Source: Octopus vulgaris
Taxonomy: Eukaryota
Direction of reading: 5' to 3'
Assembly: GCA_951406725.2 (NCBI GenBank)
Contig: OX597818.1
Location: 114,204,001 to 114,268,000, forward strand
DNA length: 64,000 bases
Shown: positions 44,386-58,599 of the stretch, piece after piece
Layout: each line of letters starts with the position of its first letter
How positions within the stretch are numbered: the first letter of the stretch is position 1
Program-made: the position numbers and the translations under genes
The notes under the pieces: model-generated
The model's database searches: none
Seen by the model: only the letters and a program-made list of their open reading frames with translations
Told to the model about the DNA's origin: nothing

Positions 44386-44571
44386 ATAAGCGAAGACGTC
44401 AGTGTATTGTAGTGCTGGATTACAGAGCTGATCTTTTATCTTTTAACTTGTCTTAGTCATTGGACTGAGGCCCGAGAGCATATATTATTCTATCGGTCTC
44501 TTTTGCTGAACCGTTAAGTTAGAAGAATGCAAAAGACCACACTGGTTATCAAGCAGCGGAGGAGGATAAAC

Positions 44572-44643
<72 letters not shown>

Positions 44644-45284
44644 ACACAGACACACACAGACACACACACACACACGCACGCACGCACACACAGATGTATA
44701 CTTATACTTTCAGTTTCCGTCTACTAAATCTACTCACAAGGCTTTAGGCGGCCGGAAGCTGTATTAGAAAACACTTGCACAAGGTGCCATGCCATGGTCC
44801 CGAACTCAGAACCATGGGGTTGTGGAAGCAAGCTTCTTACCACACAACCACGCCAGCTAGATTTACACTGAAGGACAATGGTTTGTCAAAACAGCTTTAC
44901 TTTTATTTCCTACCAACGCACAGTGAGGCGGCAGATAAGTCAGCCATGAAATTGATAGGTGCAGGGCAAGGATGGATGGCGTGAGAGCATAATGCAGCAT
45001 AAAATGATGATGATGATGGTGATAATGATACTGTAAGTATCGTTACTATAACTGTTTGTTCCGCCCAACAAACTCTGCCGTCGATATTTACATTGAAGCA
45101 AGCACATACACGTAGTGCTTCGTATCGATCTCGGCCAATCATTTATTTACAATTGACTCTAGATTATGAGATACCTATTGGTAGCAATTAGGATACGCAT
45201 TGCTAGCAGCACCCATCTCTTTATTTCAATGAATACTGTTATCTTGCTGCTGCTGCTGCTGACATCATTGTCTTCGTTTTCCTT

Positions 45285-45545
45285 CATTCTTCTTCTTCTT
45301 CTTTTTCTTCTTCTTCTTCTTCTTCTTCTTCTTCTTCTTCTTCTTCTTCTTCTTCTTCTTCTTCTTCTTCTTCTCTTCTTCTTCTTCTTCTTCTTCTTCT
45401 TCTTCTTCTTCTTCTTCTTCTTCTTCTTCTTCTTCTTCTTCTTCTTCTTCTTCTTCTTCTTCTTCTCCTTCTTTTCTTCTTCTTCTTCTTCTTCTTCTTC
45501 TTCTTCTTCTTCTTCTTCTTCTTCTCCTCCTCCTCCTCCTCCTCC
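45285..45545. repeat. (CTT)n/(CCT)n microsatellite
   Basis: Directly visible ~260-nt polypyrimidine tract. Confidence 0.95.
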
Positions 45546-46570
45546 TTCCCCTTCTCCCCTTCTTTCTCCATTTTCATCTTCTTGCTTATCTTACAGTTTT
45601 CTTTCCCTCCGTGCATTCTGGTCCATTTTTCTTACCCGGTTCCCGTAGCATTTAAGCTCTCCTGCCCCGACAGCACGCCAGTCCGTTGCAAGGATAACCC
45701 CACTCTTTCCGTCATCCTCGCTGTTGCTCGTGCTTTATTTTCTGCTAAACGAACCAAAACGGAATGATATACATTGTCAAGGACACAACTCCTTGCCCTG
45801 CTTGAGAGTCGATCCTTTTGCGCAATTTAAGAGGGAATAACAACCACGACAACCGATATAATTGTTTCAGATTTTTTTGGCACAAGGGCAGGAACTTAAG
45901 GAGAAAGCGTAGGTCGATTGCATTGACTCCAGCGTTCAATTGGTACTTATTTCATCGACCCTAGATGGATGGAAGGCAAGTTTGACCTCGGTAGTATTTG
46001 AACTGCGAACAAAGTGTCGGAAGAAGTGCTGCAAAGAATTTTGTCCGGCGTTCTGATAATTCTGCTAAAATAATGATTTCAAATTCTGGTTACAAAGCCA
46101 CCCAGGCCCCAACTGGTACTTCTTTTATCTGTTTCTTTATTACCCACAAGGGGCTAAACATAGAGGGGGCGAACAAGGATAGACAAACGGATTAAGTCGG
46201 TTACATCGACTCCAGTGCGTAACTGGTACTTCTTTTATCGACCTCGAATGGATGAAAAGAAAAGTTAACTACAGCAGCATTTGAGTTTAAAATATAAATG
46301 GCCGAACGAAATGTTGCCAAATGCTTCGTTTGATATACAAACAATTTTGCTAAGTCACCGCCTTCCCGAACCCAAAGATAGCAACAACCATGACGACGGT
46401 GATGATGTCATCGAAGGACGACCAGAAGAATAAGAACAACAGTAGTCACGACGACAATGTCAACAAAAAACATTAACAATAAACACAGGAACGACAAAGA
46501 CGTAGCTAACGACGCACAAGAAGAGAATGAAACGTGGTGATCATAAAAACTGCAATAACATCAACAACAG

Positions 46571-46910
46571 TGGAGGTGCAATGGCCCAGTGGTTAGGGCA
46601 GCGGACTCGCGGTCGGAGGATAGAGGCTTCGATTCCCAGTCTGGGCGTTGTTTGTGTTTATTGAGCGAAAACACCAAAACCTCCACGAGGCTCCGACAGG
46701 GGGTGGTGGCGACCCCTGTTGTATTATTTCGCCCCAACTTTCTCTCACTCTTTATTCCTGTTTCTTGTCCCCGACTTCCTAAGCAACCGCTGAGCCTGGA
46801 TGCACATTCATCCATCCGTCGATGCTCTCGGTGTCAGGGGTTGACCTGCTTTCTCTTCTGCGGGTCTTACGAATAGCAATGGACCTCGTTTCGGACTTCT
46901 TCCAAGGGAC
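46571..46910 (+). mobile_element. SINE family C head with a distinct 3' tail
   Basis: GGAGGTGCAATGGCCCAGTGGTTAGGGCAGCGGACTCGCGG...TTCGATTCCC head. The tail differs from other family C copies. Confidence 0.75.
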
Positions 46911-47304
46911 GAAGACCGCTTCGCTCAGCAAACAAACAAACATCAACAACAATAGCACTAGGATATTGACGAATATAACAACAAAGACAACAACAACAAC
47001 AACAGCAATAACATCAACAACTTTCTATTAGTATTGATGTCTCTAAGCAACATCAATCGCCACAATTATATCTATAAGAAAGTTATATAACTAATATCTA
47101 ATATGGAATATTAATATTTTGTTTAACTTTTTACTTAATATTAATCTAATGCACTTGAGTGGGAATCTGTTAAACCACCCCTATTAAGGCATGTTATTAT
47201 TTTCATTGTAACTAAATTAATCATAATTTCACACTACACCCAGCAACGGTACCTGTCATGGGTGGAGTACTTAATAAAAAGTTTCTGCGTCATGCTTTAT
47301 ACAT

Positions 47305-47612
47305 CATCACCATCACGTGACCGACCAGACCATCAAATGTTGTTACACATCGCTGGTCACAATGCGTTCGCATTGTTTTAGCCTTCGAATGACGCCACCC
47401 CGCTGGCTAAGCGAGCAGGCCAACAGAAGAAAGAGGGGGAGAAAGAGTGGTGAAAGAGTACAGCAGGGATCACCACCACACCCCTGCCGGAGCATCGTGG
47501 AGCTTTTAGGTGTTTTCGCTCAATAAACACTCACAACGCCCGGTCTGGGAATCGAAACCGCGATCCTGCGACCGCGAGTCCGCTGCCCTAACCACTAGGC
47601 CATTGCGCCTCC
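47305..47612 (-). mobile_element. SINE family C with RTE-like 3' tail
   Basis: tRNA-like head at 47540-47612. 47311-47365 resembles the RTE 3' end at 28826-28882. Confidence 0.8.
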
Positions 47613-47914
47613 GCTTTATACATGTATGAGTCAAAAGCCCGCCCGCCAGTCGGTCTGTCTGTCTGTTTGGTTGTCTGTCTGCTTCTCTGTTTGCAGATTT
47701 AACATTGATTAAAAAAAAGACAAGAAAAACTTAACCTTCGCTTTAATCGATTACAACGTGGGTTCTGGCACTGCATTAGAAATAAAGTTTATATTCGCTA
47801 CACCACATTACCCTAAGTAACTCTGGTACACTTCGTAGGGTACACGATTTGTATACATGAAACCCCTATTTCATTATGCATGTATGTCTATATATATGAC
47901 ATACATGTAAGAAA

Positions 47915-48310
47915 AGGCGGTGAGCTGGCAGAGACGTTAGCACGCCGGGCGAAATGCGTAGCCGTATTTCGTCTGCCGTTATGTTCTGGGTTCAAATTCC
48001 GCCGATGTCGACTTTGCCTTTCATCCTTTCGGGGTCGATTAAATAAGTACCAGTTACGCACTGGGGTCCATGTAATCGGCTTAATCTGTTTGTCTGTCCT
48101 TGTTTGTCCTCTCTGTGTTTAGCCCCTTGTGGGTAGTAAAGAAATAAGTATTTCGTTTGTCTTCATGTTCTGAGGTCAAATTCCGCCGAGGTCGGCTTTG
48201 CCTTTTTTCCTCTGGGATCGATAAGTTAAATACCAGTTGCGTCCTGGGGTAGATCTAATCGAGTAGCCTCCTCCCCCCAAATTTGGGGTCTTGTGCTTTG
48301 AAGAGAAAAG
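47915..48310 (+). mobile_element. SINE family A, dimer
   Basis: GGCGGTGAGCTGGCAGAGACGTTAGCACGCCGGGCG head followed by two units. Confidence 0.8.
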
Positions 48311-48472
48311 GGCATATATATAATAATATTTTATAAGCTTATAACTACAGAAATTATTCTAATATTGGGGGACATAAGCTCTCGATGGAAACATGTTGGC
48401 TTTCCAATATTAGACTATTTTCTGTAATCATTATACAGTGACCACGTATAAGCTCTAGGCTTATGAAATATT

Positions 48473-48623
<151 letters not shown>

Positions 48624-48668
48624 TATATATCACGTGAGTTCACTTCCAGAGAAGTTTGTTAAAAGATC

Positions 48669-48750
48669 CCGAACGAAGCTACACAGAATATTATAGCCAA
48701 TTGCATATGCAACTGCTCATATTCTGTGCAGTGGAAACACGTGTAAAAAT
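48669..48750 (+). ncRNA. Degenerate hammerhead-like motif
   Basis: Long stem CTACACAGAATAT/ATATTCTGTGCAG followed by GAAA-CACGTG-TA (palindromic stem III). The 5' core is decayed (CCGAACGA). Lies next to (TA)n. Confidence 0.5.
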
Positions 48751-49105
48751 AAGGTGTATGACATAGTGAAATAAAAAGAAGTGAATTTTGAGGATCTACC
48801 TGTATGTTTTATACCGTTATAATTATTACTTGCAGTAATACATTTTTAAAGAGGTTATGCGCCTTAAATTTCACTTGTACTTAATTTATCAACCCCGAAA
48901 AGGATGAAATTTGAACTCAGAACGTAGCGACGGACGAAATACTTAGCGGTATTTCGCCCGGTGTGCTAACGATTCTGCCTACTCGTAGACTTATGTTCAG
49001 TTATAATAATAAAAGCAATTTAGCACAAATCTGAAGGGTTATTCTATACATTTATCCGACGATGACTTCGAAGTCACTATAAATAATATTCTTGTTTAAG
49101 AATAA

Positions 49106-49157
<52 letters not shown>

Positions 49158-49207
49158 AGTGTACGTATATATGTGAATATGTATATATATCGATATATAT
49201 ATAAAAC

Positions 49208-49560
49208 GTGGCACTCCATCGGTTACGACGATGAGAATTCCAATCGATCTTTTCAACGGAACAGCCACCTGTGAAATTAACGTGCAAGTGGCTGAGCACT
49301 CCACAGACACGTGTACCCTTAACGTAGTTCTCAGGAAGATTTAGCTTGACACAGAGTGTGATAGAAACAGGAAGAAAGAGTGAGAGAAAGTTGTGGTGAA
49401 AGAGTACAGAAGAGTTCGCAACCACCCCATACCCCGTAGAGCTTTAGGTGTTTCACTCAATAGACACTCACAACGCCCGGTCTGGGAATCGAAACCGCGA
49501 TCCTATGACAGCGAGTCCGCTGCCCTAACCACTGACCATTGCCCCCCCCCACACACACAT

Positions 49561-49607
<47 letters not shown>

Positions 49608-50064
49608 ATATGTATATATGTATATATATATATAATTATATATATTCTTTTATTCTTTTCTTTTTTCTTTTACTTGTTTCAGTCATTTGACTGCAGCCAT
49701 GCTGGAGCGCCGCCTTTAGCCGAGCAAATCGACCCCGGGACTTATTCTTTGTAAGCCCAGTACTTATTCTATCGGTTTCTTTTGCTGAACCGCTAGGTGA
49801 CGGGGACGTAAACACGCCAGCATCGGTTGTCAAGCGATGGTGGGGAGGCCAAACACAGACACACAAACATATACACACACACTTATATATATATGCATAT
49901 ATACGACAGGCTTCTTTCAGTTTCCGTCTACCAAATCCACTGAGAAGGCATTGGTCGGCCCGGAGCTATAGCAGAAGACACTTGCCCAAGATGCCACGCA
50001 GTGGACTGAACCCGGAACCATGTGGTTGGTTAGCAAGCTACTTACAACACAGCCACTCCTGCGC

Positions 50065-50115
<51 letters not shown>

Positions 50116-50510
50116 CTTTTTTACTTTTACTTTTTACTTGTTTCAGTCATGTGACTGTGGCCAAGCTGGAGCACCGACGTATTCTTTGTAAGCCTAGTAC
50201 TTATTCTATCAATTCTGTTTTGCCGAACGGCTAATTTACGGGGACGTAAACACACCAGCATCGGTTGTCAAGCGATGTTGGGGCGGACAATCGCAGACAC
50301 ACAAACATATACACACACATACATATATATATATATATACACATATACGACGGGCTTCTTTCAGTTTCCGTCTACCAAATCCACTCACAAGGCTTTGGTC
50401 GGCCCGAAGCTATAGTAGAAGACACATGCCAAAGGTGCCACGCAGTGGGACTGAACCCGGAACCATGTGGTTGGTAAACAAGCTACTTACCACACAGCCA
50501 CTCCTACGCC
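49208..50510 (-). mobile_element. SINE cluster: family C (49208-49545), family B (49660-50066, 50130-50510)
   Basis: Reverse complements of the family heads and tails described above. Confidence 0.8.
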
Positions 50511-50528
50511 TATATATATATGTATATA

Positions 50529-50612
<84 letters not shown>

Positions 50613-51353
50613 TATATATATATATACACACATAAATACATATACATACATCCATGCATACATATATACATGTATATATACATACATACACACCCACACA
50701 TACACGCATTTATTAGAAATCGAAGCGAAATATTAATAAAATCACGCAATGCTGTATAAATGGATTAAATGAGTTCTTTGTCCAACAGAATAATGATAAA
50801 TAAATAAATAAATAGAAACGAGCTCAACATAAATGAAAGTAATCATAAACTGTCTCAAAGAAATTGGTAATTAAGGCTGAGACGTAATTAGGGATCACGT
50901 TGGAGTAAATGATAATTAATGTTTAGTATGGATTAGTCGATACGATTGACCCCACTACAAGGCGCTAAGTTATTTTATTGATCCCGAAACAATGAAAGGT
51001 AAAAGTAGACTTTGTCTGGATTTGAACTGAGGAGCTTAAAAATCGGGGCTGGAGGGGAGGATACCATGAGGTATTTTTCTGCCGCTTTAACGATTCTGCT
51101 AATCCACTGTCCTCAATGATAATAAAAATAATATATTCTACTACATGTACAAGGTGTGAAATTTAATAAAAGGTGGCCCAGTCGAATACACCGCATAGAT
51201 TCCAACCGCTACGTACTTCGGCGACCCCGAATGTATGAAAATCAACGTCGGTCTTGGAGGAATTTGAAATGGTAACGTAAATACGGACGAAATGCCGCTA
51301 AGCATTTTGCCCGGCGTGCTAACGATTCTGACAGCTCATCTCCTTGTATATTA

Positions 51354-52620
51354 CTAGCAGTAATACCCATCGTTGATCGGGTAATTACTTTTACTGTTTC
51401 TCGGGATTCCCATTTAACATATTATATATATAATTTACTTCTCCTGTATGTGTGTATTTTTATAAGAGAAAAAATATGTAATAATTGAAGTAGAAAAAAA
51501 AGATTACTTTCATGCATGAACATTCTGTATGTGTGTATTTTATAAGAGAAAAACGTAATAGTTGAAAAAAAAAAAAAAAAGGTCGATTTCATTCTTGAAT
51601 GTAATGATAGTAACGGCAAATTAAGCTAATGAAATATTCATGTTGCATTAAGAGTGAATATTTCTTTTTAAACAATGTCTTTTGTTTTATTTCAGGGTAG
51701 ATTTGTTTTTGCTCTCCCACATGTGATGCTCCGACATAAAGTTAGCCATGTGAAAAGTATGGTTCTTAAAAACTTGTAATAATTGAAGGAGAATTGAAAG
51801 ATTCAGTTATAGCGTGAATGAAGGAAGAAAAATAGCTATATCATATAGAGGAATAGCTTTACGGAATGCAGGTGACTGTGTGATGACACTGAAAAAGCCA
51901 CAGGTCAAGTAGAAAACCCATCAGGCACAGTTTCTTCTGACATTTGAATAGGCCATATGGCCAAGGAGTACTGAAAGATTCAGTTTCGAATCTGAACCAG
52001 GATGAGACTACCCCTAAATATTTAGATTTATTCCTCTTGTATGTGTGTATTTATAAGAGAAAACGTAATAATTGAAGTAGAAAAAAGATCGATGTTATAC
52101 ACGTTAAGTTATTGAAGCATTCATGTTACATTAAGAGTGAATATTTCTTTATAAGCAATGTTTTTTGTTTTTATTTCGGGGTGCATAGGGAAATGCTCCC
52201 ACACGAAATGTTCCTACATAATGTTGGCCAAGTTAAGAGCATAGTTCTTCAAGTTGCAATCCAGCAAATCTTAGTGTTTGGCCCTGAGTTTTATTAATGC
52301 TCATAGCAAAAGAAAATGGGATAGAAAACTGTAACCACTTAAATTGGAATGGGGCATTGAAGACGGTGTCACCGTTACCACAACCAGTAAAAATAATTGC
52401 CTCATAAGTTTGTGCACAATTAGTGTTGTACCATTGCATAATTTTTGTCGAAACAAATTAGGCAGCAGCATAATAGCTTCCTCTGAACCAGGTACTTTCA
52501 TTTTGCTGGAGAAAGAAAGAGACAGAATTTCGATTTTATATATATATAGAAAAAGCATGATAGCCTCTCCTGAAGCATTTATTTTCATTTTCCTGGACAA
52601 ACAAACAAGCAAAAAGAATT
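51354..52620 (-). mobile_element. Helitron relic (Pif1-like helicase fragment and 3' terminus)
   Basis: Encodes KLCNGTTLIV and PFQFKWLQFSIPFSFAMSINKTQGQTLRFAGLQL. A 3' hairpin at 51364-51383 is followed by terminal CTAG|T at 51354-51357. Internal duplication ~51440-51770 vs ~52035-52240. Confidence 0.85.
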
Positions 52621-52621
52621 T

Positions 52622-52682
<61 letters not shown>

Positions 52683-52973
52683 TATATATGTGTGTGTGTG
52701 TGTGTAGCTTATAGTTATTAATAATATTGCTATCAAATTTGGGCACAAAACCACGAGCAATTTTGAGGGAAAATGTGAGTCGATTACATCAACTCCAGTA
52801 CTCAAGTTGTACTTACTTTATCGACACAGAAAGGGTGCAAGGCAAAGTCGACCTCGGCGGGATACCAACTCAGACCGTAAGGACTGACGAAATGCCTCTA
52901 AGCAATTTGCCCAGCGTCCTAATAGTTCTCCCTGCTCACCGCCTTAATAATAATAATAGGAAGAAGAATAATG

Positions 52974-53040
<67 letters not shown>

Positions 53041-53043
<3 letters not shown>

Positions 53044-54662
53044 CAAACAGCTGGAAACACTATTAAAGACAGTTCATGGATTTACCAAAGAAATAGATAT
53101 GAAATTTGGATTAGAAAAATGCGCCAAAGTAACCATGAAAAGAGGAAAACTAGTTAAGAGTAACAACATCACACTAGATAAAACCAATGAAATAAAAGAA
53201 CTAGACCAAAGCCAAACTTACAAATACTTAGGAATCCATGAACTAGATAAGACACAACACACACAAATGAAAGAGAAAATAAAAAAGAATATTATAGACG
53301 AGTTAGATCAATACTAAACACAGAGCTCAATGCTAAAAACAAGATAATAGGTTTCAACACTTTAGCTGTCCCAGTTATAAGTTACAGCTACAATATCCTT
53401 AACTGGACACGAAATGAACTGACCAAAATAGATAGGAAAACAAGAAAAATAATAACAGGATCTAGGATGCATCACCCAAAATCTGACATAGAAAGACTAT
53501 ATATGCAACGTATAGAAGGTGGTAGAGGCCTTATATAGCTGGAAAACTACTATAAAATAACCACCATAGGACTGCAAAAATATCTACTTCAGAAGGAAGG
53601 AAAAACTGATCCAGATAGCGGCAAAACACGAGCAAAACAAAAAACTGTTCTCAGTATTTAAGGAAGCTGACAAATACAAACAAGAAATCATACCACCTAA
53701 TAAACATGAAGAAGAAGAAGATGATGAAGAAACAACAAAAGCTATAAAATAAATGAAATCCAAACTAAAAATAGAACAGCAACGAACCATGATAAAACGA
53801 TGGCAAGAAAAGCCCCTTCATGGTAAATACTGGACTAAACTAAACGCAAAAGAAATAGACAAAGAAAAATCCCAGCAATGGTTGAGAAGCTCAGGACTCA
53901 AAGCAGAGACAGAGGAATTTTTAATTGCAGCACAAGACCAAAGCCTCCCCACCAGAAATTACCAAAAACATGTAATGAAAAGAAATATTACAAGTAACTG
54001 CAGAATATGTGGAGATGGACAAGAAACAATAAATCATATTATCTCTAGCTGCCCAGTCCTGGCTAAGAAGGAATATATTCACAGACATGACAGAGTTGGA
54101 ACCTACATACATTGGAAGCTATGCCAACATTATGGAATAACAACAGAAAAAAGATGGTATAGGCACACACCAGAAAAGGTCACAGAAAACGAGAAAGCAA
54201 CCATACTCTGGGATATGCCGATACACACAGATAGAGAAATTAAGGCCAACAGACCAGATATAGTTGTCAGAGATCATGAAGAAAAAAATGCTTTCTAATT
54301 GATGTATCAATACCGGCTGATGACAACGTGTCTCTAAAAGAAATGGAGAAACTCTCAAAATACAAAGACCTGGAAATAGAGGTTACTAGAATGTGGAATC
54401 TAAAAGCAGAAACAATTCCTATCATAGTAGGTGCATTAGGCGTGATAAAAAAATATTCAAACAAATACATAACAAAAACACCAGGACTTACAAACACATA
54501 TAACATACAAAAAATTACACTACTAGGCACTGCACACATCCTACACAGAACTCTTTCCATACAATAACCATCAGAGCATCACAACAAATCACAGCACATA
54601 CCCAAGGCACACAGAGCTGCGCTCGGTAGTGAAGTGAAAGCACGCTATAAAAAATAAAACTA

Positions 54663-54665
<3 letters not shown>
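53041..54665 (+). mobile_element. R4/Dong-like LINE, RT C-part + CCHC + REL, frameshifted
   Basis: KFGLEKCAKV, YKYLG, KPLHGKY, CRICG...HIISSC, RHD, NRPDI, LLGTAHIL. (AAT)n flanks. Confidence 0.95.
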
Positions 54666-54699
<34 letters not shown>

Positions 54700-55070
54700 T
54701 TTTATATCTTAAATACCACCTGATTTTCTATAGATAGATTCCTTTATCATAAATACGATGTGGTATTTTATACTATAGATTTTTAAAAAACTTTGAGATG
54801 ATGTTTATAAATTTCTATATCTTAGCTATGCTAGTTCCAACTTTACTTCAATAGAGAAATCTACTTCCAAGTCTTTGAACATTTTTTCAACCAAAAAATC
54901 CCTTTTTATTTGTTTTTTACTTATTATTTCTTTACCCCTTCTCTTCCTAGGGTTTGCCTTTGACGTTGAATCTACTAACGGTTTTTAAAAAAAATACTTA
55001 ATAGCATTCTGTTTATCATTTATGCAGTCATCAAAATTGTTATAATGTCTTGTTGAGATGAGTTCTCTTT

Positions 55071-55156
55071 CTTTCCTGATGAGAAGATTACATTATTTTA
55101 CACCGTTTACTCCTTTGGAATAAAACCAATGTCGTCTTCGAAACATATGCCAAAAG
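55071..55156 (+). ncRNA. Hammerhead ribozyme motif with mutated cleavage triplet
   Basis: CTTTC-CTGATGA-GAAGATTACATT...AATGTCGTCTTC-GAAA-CATATG-CC-AAAAG (GCC where GUC is expected). Confidence 0.7.
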
Positions 55157-55345
55157 TAAAAGAATTTGAATAACTCCTTCGTTCAACTCCATTTATTTAC
55201 TTATACTATACAAATTACTGCACATTAACCCGGAGTTTCTACCTTTGGTCGCTACATCCTTGTTACTTGCGTGAATTTCGCTACCCTGGTAACTGTAAAT
55301 TGAATTTTCCATATTAACAGTAAACGAAAGATAATTCATTCATTC

Positions 55346-55412
<67 letters not shown>

Positions 55413-55956
55413 CGACGGGCTTCTTTCAGTTTCTGTCTACCAAAGCCACTCACAAGGCTTTGGTCGGCCCGAAGCTATAGTTGAAGACACTTGCCCAAGA
55501 TGCCACGCAGTGGGACTGAACCCGGAGCCATGTGGTTGGTTAGCAAGCTACTTACCACACAGCCACTCCTGCGCCTGTTTATAGACCTTTCAATTTTTTT
55601 TTATATCTTAAGTACGATGTGATTTTCCATAGATTCCTTTATTGTACCAATACATTTTTTTTGTTTATAAATTTGTTTTAAATTTCTGTATCTTAGCTAT
55701 GCTAGTTCCAACTCGTCGACGCTACTCTCAAAAAACCCCTCCAAACCGCTCAAATACTCTGCCAATCATGTGAAGTAGCAGTCCAATCAAACAGTCTGTA
55801 TTAGAAACGCAACAAACCCGCTTCGCTATTTCACGCCCCAGCATCAGCAGTAGCTAAACCGACAGCCGGTAAATAAAAAAAAACAGGGCTACGACTTATA
55901 TGTGACGCTTAGAAATCTTGAGCAAAAAATTCCATCGTTATTGTAAGCATATACAC

Positions 55957-56113
55957 AGGTGTGGCTGTGTGATAAGTAGCTTGCTTACAGGCCACAAGGT
56001 CCCGGGTTCAGTCTCACTGTGTGGCACCTTGGGTAGGTGTCTTCTACTTTGGCCTCGGGCTGACCAAAACCTTGTGAGTAGATTTGGTAGGCGGAAAGTG
56101 AAAGAAACACGTC

Positions 56114-56144
<31 letters not shown>

Positions 56145-56372
56145 CATATATGTTTGTATGTCTGTGTTTGGCCTCCCAACATCGCTTGACAACCGATGGT
56201 GGTGTGTTTATGTCCCCGTAACTTAGCGGTTCGGCCAAAGAGACCGATTAAATTAGTACGAGGCTTACAGAGAGTAAGTCCTGGGGTCGATTTGCTCGAC
56301 TAAAGGCGGGGCTCCAACATGGCCACAGTCAAATGACTGAAACAAGTAAAAGAGTAAAAGAGTAAAAGAGTA
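55957..56372 (+). mobile_element. SINE family B, full length
   Basis: Colinear with 30691-31135. Confidence 0.8.
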
Positions 56373-56570
56373 AGTATGAAAGTATAATGAATGATGGGAT
56401 GATTGTAGCTGCCATTGGTTTGATAACATAGCTGTAACGGTAGGAGTAAAATAAACATGGGGATATTCTCTAGGAGCGATATTACTGGAAGGTGTTCGGA
56501 ATCGTTTTGATCTATAGTAGATAAAGTGAATGTGTCGGCAATACAAACTCTATGTAGAATATGTAAAAAA

Positions 56571-57930
56571 AGGCGGCGAGCTGACAGAATCGTTAGCCGG
56601 GCGAAATGCTTAGCGGAATTTCGTCTGTCTTTACATTCTGAGTTCAAATTCCGCCAGTTGCGTACTGGGGTCGATCTAATCGACAGGCCCTCTTCCCCAA
56701 AATTTCGGGCCTTGGGCCTAGAATAGAGAAGAATAGATTTGTTACCTTAAGGCTACGAGCTGGCAAAAACGTTAGCACACCGGGCGAAATGCTTAGCGGA
56801 ATTTCGTCTGCTGTTACATTCTGAGTTCAAATTCCGCCCAGGTCGACTTTGCCTTTCATCCTTTCGGGATCGATAAATAAAGTACCAGCTACGCACAGGG
56901 GTCGATGTAATCGACTTAATCTGTTTGTCTGTCCTTGTTTGTCTCCTTTGTGTTTAGCTCCTTGTGGGCAATAAAGAAATAACAAACTCTATGTAAAATA
57001 TATATACGTACACATATAATCCCGCGAATAAACCCAGAAATACGAGCACAAGTATACACACACACAAACATGTATATATACGTGTAGACTGCATCCTGAG
57101 TTATTTCCTTTCAATCATTATATTATGTTGTCATCGCAACTGATGTATGTGATTATGCAAGCAAATAGTGGTTCTCTTGTTCCTAGTCTGGCAAGTAACG
57201 GGAAAATCTTTTCTTGTCTTTGAAGGTTTAATAACCTCAAAAGATCTCCGGAGTAGACATCGCACCTGCCAACGGTCAGAATAAATTAATATTGATATCA
57301 GCTTCAAAAGGCGGCGAGCTGCCAGAAACGTTGTCACGTTGAGCTAAAATGCTTAGCACCATTTTGTTCGTCTTCTCGTTCATAGTTCAAATTCCACCGA
57401 GATTGACTTTGTCTTTCATCGTTTCGGGATCGAGAAAATAGGTATCACTTGAACACTGGGATAGTTATTATAGACTTAGTCCTCTGCTCCGAATTTGCTG
57501 GCCTTGTGCCAAACCAATGTTAATATTATCTTTTTAGCTAATTAATATTTTCCTTTCAGTAAGGCAGCGAGCTGGCAGAGACGTTAGCACGCCGGGCGAA
57601 ATGATTACCGGTATTTCGTCTGCGCTACGCTCTGAGTTCAAATTCCGCCGAGGTCGACTTTGCCTTTCGTCTGTCCTTGTTTGTCCTCTCTGTGTTTAGC
57701 CCCTTGCGGGCAATAAAGAAATAAGAAATGTTAGCACGCTGGACGAGATGCTTAGCGGTATTTCGTTTGTCTTTACGTTCCGAATTCAAATTCCGCCGAG
57801 GTCGGCTTTTCTTTTCATCCTTTCGGGGCCAATAAATTAAGTACCAGTTGCTTACTGGGTTCGATCTAATCGACTGGCCCCTACCCCCAAAATTTCGGGC
57901 CTTGTACCTAGGGTAGAAAAGAATATTTTC
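56571..57930 (+). mobile_element. Cluster of SINE family A copies
   Basis: Heads at ~56571, ~56751, ~57310, ~57562 and ~57725. Confidence 0.75.
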
Positions 57931-58473
57931 CTTCCAGTACGTACGGAATTCTAATTAGAATTCATTGACGTTTCATTGTTGTCACTCCCGCTTGCAAAGA
58001 TTGGATTTAAATTTTAAAATACTTTTTACCTCTTTTCAACAAGCGGGAATCTTGATTTATTACATTTATCTTATCCATTACACTTGTTATGCTGCATTTG
58101 GTGTTAAGTAAAACTTGATATTTTACTTGGTAATTTTTCTCGGTCAATATTTTCCGTTGCTTACAACCATCTCCCTTTGCTTTCATACTTACCAAATCAA
58201 CGAAATCGGTGGCCATTTTCACTGGGCAATATGCCGGCATTTCGACAGAAAAACGGATAACATTTTGTTTATATAGCTTTTATGTTTTTTTTTCTTGTTT
58301 GTTTCAATCACTGGACTGCGGCCATGCTGGGAATACCATCTTAAGGAGGTTAGTCGAACAAATTGATTCCATGACTTCTAAAGCTTGGTACTTATTCTAT
58401 CTTTCTCTGTTGCCGAACCGCTGAGTTACGGAGCCATAACCAAAGCAAGACTAGTGGTCAAGCAGTAGTGATG

Positions 58474-58563
<90 letters not shown>

Positions 58564-58599
58564 GTATGTATCTGTGTATGTGTATTGCTTCAATGCGCA

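Noticed and set aside
46571-46650. tRNA gene
   Set aside because: A/B-box-like sequence continues into a repeated SINE body and lacks a proper acceptor stem. The same applies to other SINE heads.
51968-52005. CTGAA-AGATTC-loop-GAATCT-GAAC hammerhead-like string
   Set aside because: Both core boxes deviate and stems I and III are absent.
52233-52500. Host PIF1 helicase gene
   Set aside because: Fragmented and frameshifted, and followed by a Helitron-type hairpin plus CTAG terminus.
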